Below, one piece after another: positions 47,677 through 56,372 of a DNA stretch of 64,000 nucleotides. Both the position numbers and the translations under genes were made by a program. The stretch lies in assembly GCA_041675505.1 (NCBI GenBank), contig JBAYTR010000004.1:52036-116035 (forward strand), given 5' to 3'. The notes beneath the pieces are model-generated. The model did no database searches, was not told the DNA's origin, and was given only the letters and a program-made list of their open reading frames with translations. Positions within the stretch are counted from its first letter, which is position 1; every line of letters begins with the position of its first letter. Source of the stretch: Bacteroidia bacterium (lineage in GTDB: Bacteria > Bacteroidota > Bacteroidia > UKL13-3).

Positions 47677-48882
47677 ATGCTGGCCGGCAAAAAAATTCTG
47701 CTGGGTGTAACCGGTAGTATTGCTGCCTACAAAGCAGCTTTCCTTGTGCGTCTGTTGGTTAAAAACGGTGCCGAGGTAAAGGTAATCATGACGCCTGATG
47801 CTACGGAGTTTATTACCCCGCTTACACTGGCCACGCTATCTAAAAATGCAGTACATACCCAATTTGCCAATCGCGAAAGTGGGGAGTGGACCAACCACGT
47901 AGAGTTGGGCCTGTGGGCCGACATTATGGTGATTGCTCCGGCAACAGCCAACACACTGGCTAAAATGGCCACCGGCATTTGCGACAATATTTTACTTGCC
48001 ACTTACCTTTCCGCCCGCTGCAAGGTAATGTTTGCCCCCGCAATGGATTTAGATATGTACAGCCACCCTGCTACACGCAGTAATGTAGAAATGTTGCAGG
48101 CGTATGGCAACATGCTTATTCCCGCTGCAAAAGGCGAATTGGCCAGCGGTTTAAACGGTGAGGGCCGTATGGCTGAACCGGAAGAAATTCTTTACTCCAT
48201 ACATGCCCGCTTGGCTGATGATACCCGCTTTAAAGGCGAAAAAATCCTTATCACAGCCGGACCTACTTACGAGAATATTGACCCGGTGCGCTTTATAGGC
48301 AACCACTCCAGCGGTAAAATGGGTTTTGCTTTAGCCGAAGACTTTGCCGCTCACGGTGCCGAAGTTATACTGGTTACCGGCCCGACAGATGAAAAACATC
48401 ATCACCCCAATATTCAACGAATGGATGTGGTATCGGCTGAAGAGATGTACAACACCGTAACCAAGGAATTTAAAAAATGTTCCATCGCGGTAATGTCGGC
48501 AGCAGTGGCTGATTTTACCCCGCAAAAAGTGGAGATTCAAAAAATCAAAAAGAACGGTGACGGTCTTACCCTTAAGCTCAAAAAAACCAAAGATATATTG
48601 GCTGAGCTAGGTAAAACAAAAACCCGCAAACAATTGCTGGTAGGCTTTGCGCTCGAAACCAACAACGAAGTAGAAAACGCCAAAAAGAAACTCAATACCA
48701 AAAACCTCGACTTTATCGTTTTGAACTCACTTCGCACCAAAGGTGCCGGATTTGGTGGCCATACCAATCAGGTGGTTTTTATTGACCGCAACATGGATGT
48801 CACCAGATTTCCGCTAAAATCAAAACAGGAAGTTGCCCGTGATATCGTTAACAAAATACTTGCCCTACGTAATGAAGCGTAA
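47677..48882 (+). CDS. coaBC: Bifunctional phosphopantothenoylcysteine decarboxylase / phosphopantothenate-cysteine ligase
   Basis: Flavoprotein N-domain GKKILLGVTGSIAAYK and a CoaB domain ITAGPTYENIDPVRFIGNHSSGKMG. Confidence 0.92.
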   Translation: MLAGKKILLGVTGSIAAYKAAFLVRLLVKNGAEVKVIMTPDATEFITPLTLATLSKNAVHTQFANRESGEWTNHVELGLWADIMVIAPATANTLAKMATGICDNILLATYLSARCKVMFAPAMDLDMYSHPATRSNVEMLQAYGNMLIPAAKGELASGLNGEGRMAEPEEILYSIHARLADDTRFKGEKILITAGPTYENIDPVRFIGNHSSGKMGFALAEDFAAHGAEVILVTGPTDEKHHHPNIQRMDVVSAEEMYNTVTKEFKKCSIAVMSAAVADFTPQKVEIQKIKKNGDGLTLKLKKTKDILAELGKTKTRKQLLVGFALETNNEVENAKKKLNTKNLDFIVLNSLRTKGAGFGGHTNQVVFIDRNMDVTRFPLKSKQEVARDIVNKILALRNEA

Positions 48883-49780
48883 TCTCTGTTTATTTCTGCT
48901 GGCTGTTTGCACCTTTTTTCACGCTCAGGCTCAGGACCTGCGTTGCAACATACAAATCAATGCCGATCAGATTCAGCTCTCGGATAAAACCATTTTTCGC
49001 AAACTTGAAAATGCCTTGCGTGAGTTTATGAATAACCGTAAATGGACTAATGACAAGGTGCAGGACAACGAGCGTATTGACTGCAATATTCTCATTACCG
49101 TAAATGAATTTGCGCTGCCCGGTACGTTTAAAGCCAATGCCCAGATACAATCCCGCAGAACCACTTTTAACTCCAACTATTCCACCCAGGTGCTCAACTT
49201 CAATGATGAGAACTGGTACTTTGTATACAGCGAGTTTCAACCACTGGAGTATTCTGAAGGACAAAACATCAGCAACCTTACCAGTCTTTTGGCCTATTAC
49301 GCCTACGTTATTATAGGTATGGATTACGACACGTATGCATTGGAAGGCGGCACACCACATTTTACTAAAGCACAAAACATTGTGAACATTTGCCAGGCAG
49401 CCAATGAGCCGGGTTGGAAATCAAATGAAACCAAAGGCTCCCGCAACCGATTTGCTTTAATGGAAAATATTTTCAGTCCGCGGTTTGCACCCATGCGCAA
49501 GGCCATGTACACCTACCACCGCAACGGGCTCGACCTGATGCACAAAAATGTGGAAGAGGGCCGCGACAACATTTCCAAATCGCTTATTGAGGTACAAAAA
49601 GTATTTAAAATTGCACCCAACTCTATTTTTCTCAAGGCCTTTTTTGATGCCAAAGCCGATGAGTTAATTAACATTTACAAGGGACTCCCCTCTCAGCCTG
49701 AAAAACAAAAGATGGTGGAATTTCTTTCTTCCATTGATATTGCGAACATTAACCGATATCAGAATATTCTCAAAAACTGA
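48872..49780 (+). CDS. DUF4835-like secreted protein
   Basis: The ATG at 48872 gives the signal peptide MKRNLCLFLLAVCTFFHAQAQ. Its conserved position between coaBC and recN supports the call. Confidence 0.65.
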   Translation: MKRNLCLFLLAVCTFFHAQAQDLRCNIQINADQIQLSDKTIFRKLENALREFMNNRKWTNDKVQDNERIDCNILITVNEFALPGTFKANAQIQSRRTTFNSNYSTQVLNFNDENWYFVYSEFQPLEYSEGQNISNLTSLLAYYAYVIIGMDYDTYALEGGTPHFTKAQNIVNICQAANEPGWKSNETKGSRNRFALMENIFSPRFAPMRKAMYTYHRNGLDLMHKNVEEGRDNISKSLIEVQKVFKIAPNSIFLKAFFDAKADELINIYKGLPSQPEKQKMVEFLSSIDIANINRYQNILKN

Positions 49781-49828
49781 TTGCTGAAATGTTTTAGATT
49801 TGCTCTGTACATTTGAAGAGCATATCCC

Positions 49829-51487
49829 GTGATTACCCACTTACGCATACAAAACTACGCCATCATCCGCTCGCTTGATATTGAGCTGAAGAACAATCTG
49901 AGCGCTGTTACCGGAGAAACCGGTGCCGGTAAATCTATTGTAATGGGTGCGCTGGGCCTTATACTGGGTGAACGTGCCGACAGCAGCGTGTTGTGGAACA
50001 AAAACGAGAAGTGCATTGTGGAAGGAACCTTTAACATTGCGCCCTACTCCCTTAAAAAATTCTTTGAACTCAACGACCTCGACTACGATGAAGAAACAAT
50101 CATCAGGCGCGAGATCAGCGAAGCCGGAAAATCAAGAGCCTTTATTAACGATACGCCAGTCACCCTTACTTTAGTTAAAGAACTGGGCGAGCGTTTGGTG
50201 GATATTCACTCGCAGCATGAAACACTGGAACTCAACAACCGTGAATTTCAACTGGAAATTGTAGACGTGTTCAGCAAAGTGCAGGAAGAAGTTACCGCTT
50301 ACCGTGCCTCGTTTAACCACTACCAGCAACTGCAAAAACAGCTTGCCCAACTGGAAGAACAGGATGCTGCCGCTACAAGGGATAAAGACTTCAAACAGTT
50401 TTTGCTCAATGAACTGTTGGAAGCCAACCTGCAACCCGGTGAGCAGGAACAAACCGAAACCGAACTCAACACTCTCAACAATGCAGAAGATATACAACTG
50501 GCTTTGAATACCGGAGTGCAGTTGCTGCGCGAACAGGAAAATGCCGCCATCAGTATGTTGCAGGAAGTGCGCACACAGTTTCAACGCGTGGCCAAATTTA
50601 ATCCCCGCATTGATGATTTATTTATGCGCTTAGACAGTTCGCTCATTGAATTGAAGGATATTGCCAACGAGGCGGAAGACATTGCACAAGACATTAGCTC
50701 AGATAAACAGCGGCAGGAAGTTTTAACCACCCGTTTAGACCTGATGTATTCCCTGCAAAAGAAACACCGCTGTAACACGTTGGAAGAACTACACAGCATA
50801 CAACAACAACTGAGCACGGAGTTGGAAAACATTGACTCCTTAGAAGCCAAGATTGAGCAACTAAAAAAAGAACAAAACGAGTTGCACACTACCCTGCTCA
50901 AAACCGCCAAACAAATTTCAGATAAGCGCAAAAAACATATTCCTGCACTGGAGAAAAGTATCAATGTATTGCTGCAGCAGGTGGGCATGCCCAATGCCGG
51001 CATACAAATGAAACAGGATATTTTACCTGATGCGCAACTGAACCTGAACGGAGTAGATCAACTCACCTTTCTGTTTGCCTCCAACAAAGGCAGCGCCTTT
51101 CAACCGCTCAACAAAATTGCCTCAGGCGGTGAACTCTCGCGGTTGATGTTGTGCATTAAAACCGTAGTGGCCCATTTAACCCAACTGCCCACGCTTATCT
51201 TTGATGAAATAGACACTGGCATCTCAGGCGAAACGGCCCGGCAGGTGGGCGATGTAATGAAAAAACTGGCTGAGAAACACCAGGTAATTTGTATTACCCA
51301 CTTACCCCAAATTGCCGGTAAAGCGCACCAGCATTATTTTGTTTACAAAGAAAGCGACAGCAAAACCACCCACAGCAACATGCGCCTGCTAAACAGCAAT
51401 GAGCGCATTGAAGAAATTGCCAAAATGCTCAGTGGCTCCAAACCAACAGAAAGTGCCTTGGCTAATGCCAGGGAATTGGTGGGGTGA
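49829..51487 (+). CDS. recN: DNA repair protein RecN
   Basis: GTG start. Walker A GETGAGKS, a long coiled coil, and C-terminal ASGGELSRLML plus LIFDEIDTGISG. Confidence 0.93.
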   Translation: MITHLRIQNYAIIRSLDIELKNNLSAVTGETGAGKSIVMGALGLILGERADSSVLWNKNEKCIVEGTFNIAPYSLKKFFELNDLDYDEETIIRREISEAGKSRAFINDTPVTLTLVKELGERLVDIHSQHETLELNNREFQLEIVDVFSKVQEEVTAYRASFNHYQQLQKQLAQLEEQDAAATRDKDFKQFLLNELLEANLQPGEQEQTETELNTLNNAEDIQLALNTGVQLLREQENAAISMLQEVRTQFQRVAKFNPRIDDLFMRLDSSLIELKDIANEAEDIAQDISSDKQRQEVLTTRLDLMYSLQKKHRCNTLEELHSIQQQLSTELENIDSLEAKIEQLKKEQNELHTTLLKTAKQISDKRKKHIPALEKSINVLLQQVGMPNAGIQMKQDILPDAQLNLNGVDQLTFLFASNKGSAFQPLNKIASGGELSRLMLCIKTVVAHLTQLPTLIFDEIDTGISGETARQVGDVMKKLAEKHQVICITHLPQIAGKAHQHYFVYKESDSKTTHSNMRLLNSNERIEEIAKMLSGSKPTESALANARELVG

Positions 51488-51685
51488 AGTAGATTGAAAT
51501 TGAACTTTGTTCAAGATGATTTACTTTTTGTTGATGGTGATTCAAATTTGTATAAATTTACAGAATAAAATATGCATTTTAATTTCAAGAATCATATGGT
51601 TATATTTTGCTTAAACAAAGACTAATCATATTTATTTGAAAAAAAATTTAAGCCTTGTATAAGAATTATTTATTGATAAATAAGA

Positions 51686-54487
51686 ATGATAATAAGCAAT
51701 AGACGAGATGCAGGTTACACGATAATCAGTCGATTTGAAGAAAACTTCAGAGGCTTCCTAGAAACATCTTTAACAATGAAGTATTCAAATTTTTTTGAAC
51801 ACATACCTCAAGGTGTATTGATAAAGGCTAATGAACGAAATAATAATTTAACCTATGAAAATTACTCTGACTTCTTTGAGAACATTGACTTTCCAGACTT
51901 GAAAGAAATTTCTCTTTTCAAGGACCATTTTTCAGAAATCCTAAAATCCTTTACTGACAAGAACGAATTTTCAAAAGCAATGGACGAATTATATTCATTG
52001 CGTTGCAAAATTGCTCATATAAAAGGCTACTTTACAAGTGTTGACTTAGATAAATTAGTTGAGCAAACTGATTTAATTGCAAAGGGATTACAATTCAATA
52101 CTTTCAACGAACTTCTTAATAAAATAAAGACTGACCCAAGTTCAGTTATTATCAAAATACCATCTGACTTTGTTGAAGACTTCTTAAATACTAGTGGAAT
52201 TATAAACAATCTACCAATTCCTGATTATGAGTACGAAGGTGGATTTGTTGGTAGAGAAGAAGACAGAAAGAAAATAATACAGCTTATAAAAAGCGAAAAA
52301 TTCCCTGTTGTAACTTTAACTGGCTCTGGCGGAGTTGGCAAAACTGCACTGGCATTAAAAGTAATTCAAGACATAACAGAAAACCCTGAGAATAAATTTT
52401 TTGATGCAATTGTATGGCTAAGTGCTAAAGAGAATAAACTTTCTGACTTAGGCATTGAGGATATTGAACCTTCTTTGAAAAGTTATGAAGAATTATTGGA
52501 CACAATCATTGACCTTTTCGGATTCAGGAGTGAATTGACATCAACAGATACAACAGAAAAAGAAAAATTAGTTAATTCAGTTATTGAGCTTTCAAATAGA
52601 ATTCTAATAGCTATTGACAACCTAGAAACAATTACAGACCAACGAATAATCAACTTTATATTTGATGCCCCTATAAGTATAAAATTTCTTATCACTTCAA
52701 GAAAAGGTATCGGACAAGTTGAAAGACGACATGAGTTAAAAGAGCTAAAAGCTAAAGAAGCTGTTTATCTCTTTAGGCAACTTGCAAGAGATAAACAGCT
52801 ACCTTCTCTTGCTTCGTTGCCTGACGAAATAATTAAAACATATACCGCAAAAGTTTCATTCTATCCCCTTGCAATTAAGTGGGTAATTGGGCAAGTTGCA
52901 AGAGGTAAAAATATCAATACTGTTATTGATTCAATCCACACAACAGATAGTGATATTTCAAGATTCTGCTATGAACAAATCTTCTCCACACTTTCGGACA
53001 ACTGTAAAAAAATCCTTTATGCTTTAAGTTTACTTGATGCTTCATCAAACTCGAGTGTTCTTGAATATGTTGTTGAGTTAGACGAACAAACTTTTGATGA
53101 CACTATAGAAGATTTAATACTTGTTTCATTAGTAATACCTGAACAATTTCAGAATGAGAGAAAGGAAATTTCTACAAGATACTCTTTATTGACGCTTACC
53201 AAAGGTTATACAAGAATTCAACTTAATAAGAATATTGATCTCAGGGAATATTTAAAAAATAAAATAAATCAAGTTGAAAGTACTATTTCTACAACTGAGA
53301 AGGCAAAGAAAGAATACAAGCACAGTTTATATAACTTTGGAGCCAAATCTGACGAAGAAAAAATTGCAACAATAATTGCTCAAACTGCTTTCCAAAAATA
53401 TCAATCGGGACACTACGTTGCGGCAGTTGAAGAATATAAAAGGGCTGTAAAAATGGCTCCAGGTTTTGCACCAGTTTATAGAAATTGGGCAATAATGGAA
53501 GCGTATGAAAATCACTTAACAGAAGCGGAACAATTGATGGAGAAAGCCGCAAAAATTGACCAATCTGACCCACAAATATTTCTAATTTGGGGTAATATTT
53601 ATCGTAAAAGTCGTAAACATACTGAAGCACACAAAAAATATCTTATTGCACACAGTCTAGCACCAGAAGACCCAATAATACTAAATGCATTAGGGCAAGC
53701 TAAGGGTTGGTTAAGTGAATTTCCTGAGGCAAATTCACTCTTAACAAAAGCACTAAATTCAAAATTTGATTCTGTTAAACATGAAATTATTTGTAGAACA
53801 AGTTTGGCTGAAAATCTTATAAATTGGGGAGATTTTTTAGTAAAAGATAGGAACTATATAGAAGCAGAAAAAAAATATCATTCAGCCGTAAATCAATGTA
53901 TGGCGATGCTTGGCACAAATTCAAGAGATGCAAAAGTTTTTAATGCGCTAACGAAAGCTAATTTAAGACGAGGACAGCTTTTTCTAAAAAATAAACAAAA
54001 CAAAAAAGCACTCTCTGCTCTCAACAGTGTTTGTAATTCAATTGCATTAAGCTTTAAACAAGGACAATACAAACTTGAAGCTCTTCTGCTTATTGGAGAA
54101 TATTACATGAAAGAACATAACACTGCAGAATTGAAAAAAATACTGTTCCGATTTGGTGAATTTAAAAACTCAGAAATAATTAAACAAAATCCGAATTACG
54201 TTGACCGAATAGCTTTGCTTCACCAGTATGCAAATCCTGAAAATTTGAAAAAAGGAATAATTTATAATGTAAACTCTGAAAGAGGCTTTGTAATAATAAA
54301 AGAAGACGGTACAGATGATACTTACCTAGGTCATAAAGTAAAATTTATCCCTTCACTTGATACCGTCTCATTTTCACTAAAAAACTTACAAGTTACTTTT
54401 ACGGCATCGGTTTCAAATCCAAGTGCCGATGGTATTATACGAAAACAGGCTAAAGATATCAGAATAATCAATACACGTGTATTGTAA
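51686..54487 (+). CDS. STAND NTPase: Swt1-like HEPN (Rx4H), NB-ARC P-loop, TPR array and a C-terminal cold-shock-like OB fold
   Basis: The gene is AT-rich. R106-CKIA-H111 lies at 52001..52018. FVGRE plus Walker A GSGGVGKT lies at 52322..52345, Walker B ILIAIDNLE at 52601..52627, then KFLITSR. TPR-like units cover aa ~565-690 and the CSD-like tail GIIYNVNSERGFVIIKEDGTDDTYLGHKV covers aa ~855-930. Confidence 0.75.
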   Translation: MIISNRRDAGYTIISRFEENFRGFLETSLTMKYSNFFEHIPQGVLIKANERNNNLTYENYSDFFENIDFPDLKEISLFKDHFSEILKSFTDKNEFSKAMDELYSLRCKIAHIKGYFTSVDLDKLVEQTDLIAKGLQFNTFNELLNKIKTDPSSVIIKIPSDFVEDFLNTSGIINNLPIPDYEYEGGFVGREEDRKKIIQLIKSEKFPVVTLTGSGGVGKTALALKVIQDITENPENKFFDAIVWLSAKENKLSDLGIEDIEPSLKSYEELLDTIIDLFGFRSELTSTDTTEKEKLVNSVIELSNRILIAIDNLETITDQRIINFIFDAPISIKFLITSRKGIGQVERRHELKELKAKEAVYLFRQLARDKQLPSLASLPDEIIKTYTAKVSFYPLAIKWVIGQVARGKNINTVIDSIHTTDSDISRFCYEQIFSTLSDNCKKILYALSLLDASSNSSVLEYVVELDEQTFDDTIEDLILVSLVIPEQFQNERKEISTRYSLLTLTKGYTRIQLNKNIDLREYLKNKINQVESTISTTEKAKKEYKHSLYNFGAKSDEEKIATIIAQTAFQKYQSGHYVAAVEEYKRAVKMAPGFAPVYRNWAIMEAYENHLTEAEQLMEKAAKIDQSDPQIFLIWGNIYRKSRKHTEAHKKYLIAHSLAPEDPIILNALGQAKGWLSEFPEANSLLTKALNSKFDSVKHEIICRTSLAENLINWGDFLVKDRNYIEAEKKYHSAVNQCMAMLGTNSRDAKVFNALTKANLRRGQLFLKNKQNKKALSALNSVCNSIALSFKQGQYKLEALLLIGEYYMKEHNTAELKKILFRFGEFKNSEIIKQNPNYVDRIALLHQYANPENLKKGIIYNVNSERGFVIIKEDGTDDTYLGHKVKFIPSLDTVSFSLKNLQVTFTASVSNPSADGIIRKQAKDIRIINTRVL

Positions 54488-54803
54488 ATCCGCAAACTAA
54501 CCGATTAGAAGTGTTTCTTAGAATACTTACTCTTATGTTCGTCTCCCCACGAAACAAATCGTAGTGTCAAAACATTACCGCCTCATCAGGAGATTACTTC
54601 GTCACCCCCGCACACAAGGCTTTGCGCTCCTCGTAATGACGGTGTGTTGGAAAATTAGTTTTCATCAAAAAACAGAAAGAAACGTCACTGCCAGCTATGC
54701 GTTGGGTTGTGCAGGGTGCGTGGCAGTCCCCCAAAGGTGAGCAGATTCTCCTCTCTCCCACCTCGGTTTGTTTCTTCTCCCCGCTGCTTTAACTTTGTTA
54801 CTT

Positions 54804-55163
54804 ATGGAGAAAGTAAATGTGCATCAAAAATTAGCCTTGTTTTCAGAACACTGGAGCCCCAAGATAGTGGGTGAATTAAACGGGCAACAAGTAAAGCTGG
54901 CAAAATTTAAAGGGGCGTTTACCTGGCACCAACACGAGGCAGAAGACGAGTTATTTTTTGTTATCAAAGGTAGCTTCAGAATGGAGTACCGCGATAAAAC
55001 CATCACCGTAAACGAGAATGAATTTCTAATAGTACCCAAAGGAACAGAACACCGCCCCGTTGCTGATGAAGAAGTTTGCGTGATGTTGTTTGAACCTGCC
55101 TCCACACTGAACACCGGCAATACCGTAAACGATTTAACCAAGCCCGTTCTCGACCGTATATAA
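54804..55163 (+). CDS. Cupin domain protein
   Basis: The ATG at 54804 (MEKVNVHQK...). Cupin motifs WHQHEAEDELFFV and PKGTEHRP. Confidence 0.75.
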   Translation: MEKVNVHQKLALFSEHWSPKIVGELNGQQVKLAKFKGAFTWHQHEAEDELFFVIKGSFRMEYRDKTITVNENEFLIVPKGTEHRPVADEEVCVMLFEPASTLNTGNTVNDLTKPVLDRI

Positions 55164-55299
55164 ATCTACACACGTACTGTTTGTTGTTCAACCAATGTTT
55201 TCTCGATGAACAGAAAATTGATTCTACCGTTTACCGAAAGATTATCAACACCTGTCGAGTAGCCGCATCTTACCTTGCAGAAGCACTTACCTTGGCTGT

Positions 55300-56265
55300 A
55301 TGAAAGCCATCATTCATACCCGATACGGCCCGCCTGAAGTAGCGGAGTTAAAAGAAATACCTGTACCGCAGCCTCAGAAAAATGAACTGCTGATAAAAGT
55401 AATGGCCACTACCGTAAACCGCACCGATTGTGGCTTTCGCAGTGCTGAATATTTTGTGAGTCGGTTTTTTAGCGGCTTGTTTCGACCCAAACAACAAACA
55501 TTGGGTTGTGAGTTTGCCGGAATAGTAGAAGCAGTTGGAAGCAACGTTACCTTATTTTCAGTGGGTGATAAAATAGTAGGTTACAACGATGAACATTTTG
55601 GTGCACATGCCCAGTACCTGCTGGTGGCCGAAGATAAAGCCATCACTCACCTGCCGCACAATTTAAGTTTTGAAGAAGCCGCAGCACTTACCGAAGGTGC
55701 ACACTATGCTTTGTGCAACATACGCGCAGCCAAGGTACAAGGCGGGCAAAACGTATTGGTGTACGGTGCCACCGGAGCCATTGGTTCGGCAGCAGTGCAG
55801 TTGCTTAAACATTTCGGAGCAAACGTAACGGCAGTTTGTAATACTCCAAACGTATCACTTGTAAAATCATTGGGCGCTGATGTGGTGATAGATTACACCC
55901 AACAGGATTATACCACTAACCACAACACCTACGATTTTGTATTTGATGCGGTGGGTAAAAGTTCTTTCGGCCAGGCCAAAAAAGTGCTGACCAAAAAAGG
56001 CATATACATCTCCACAGAATTGGGCAAAAACGGGGAGAATATTTACCTCGCGTTGCTCACTCCTTTGCTGGGAGGTAAAAGGTTGTTGTTTCCGCTTCCT
56101 ACCATCAGCAAAAGTGATGTAGAACTGTTGCGTGATTTGGCAGAAGCCGGAAAATTTAAGCCGGTAATTGACCGCACTTATTCCCTGGAACAGATAGTAG
56201 AAGCTTACCGTTACGTGGAAAGCGGACAAAAAATAGGGAATGTTATTGTGACTCCCTGGAGTTAA
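55300..56265 (+). CDS. NAD(P)-dependent medium-chain dehydrogenase/reductase (quinone oxidoreductase-like)
   Basis: GroES-like N-domain and a Rossmann motif VLVYGATGAIGSAAVQL. Confidence 0.8.
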   Translation: MKAIIHTRYGPPEVAELKEIPVPQPQKNELLIKVMATTVNRTDCGFRSAEYFVSRFFSGLFRPKQQTLGCEFAGIVEAVGSNVTLFSVGDKIVGYNDEHFGAHAQYLLVAEDKAITHLPHNLSFEEAAALTEGAHYALCNIRAAKVQGGQNVLVYGATGAIGSAAVQLLKHFGANVTAVCNTPNVSLVKSLGADVVIDYTQQDYTTNHNTYDFVFDAVGKSSFGQAKKVLTKKGIYISTELGKNGENIYLALLTPLLGGKRLLFPLPTISKSDVELLRDLAEAGKFKPVIDRTYSLEQIVEAYRYVESGQKIGNVIVTPWS

Positions 56266-56372
56266 GCGATAGTGCCCGACCCGCACAAACGGACTTTATA
56301 TTAGATTAACTATTTGTTAATACGAAGCAACATTTCTTTCTTTGGTGCTGTCTTTAGGACAAACGCCAACAC

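Noticed and set aside
49781-49828. A 6-bp inverted repeat (tgctct ... agagca) lies upstream of the recN GTG.
   Set aside because: It is too short to distinguish from chance, and no matching motif occurs at the other DNA-repair genes.
48890-51003. Long antisense ORFs lie opposite the DUF4835 gene and recN (48890..49375, 161 aa; 50171..50584, 137 aa; 50581..51003, 140 aa).
   Set aside because: The sense-strand genes have strong family signatures (RecN Walker A and the signature motif). The antisense translations are Cys/Ser/Leu-rich, as expected from reading coiled-coil codons backwards.
51516-51614. A 32-codon hydrophobic ORF (MIYFLLMVIQICINLQNKICILISRIIWLYFA) lies upstream of the STAND gene and could be a small partner or toxin peptide.
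   Set aside because: It lies in very AT-rich DNA, where chance ORFs rich in Ile/Leu/Phe are expected. I saw no promoter or start context and have no conservation evidence available.
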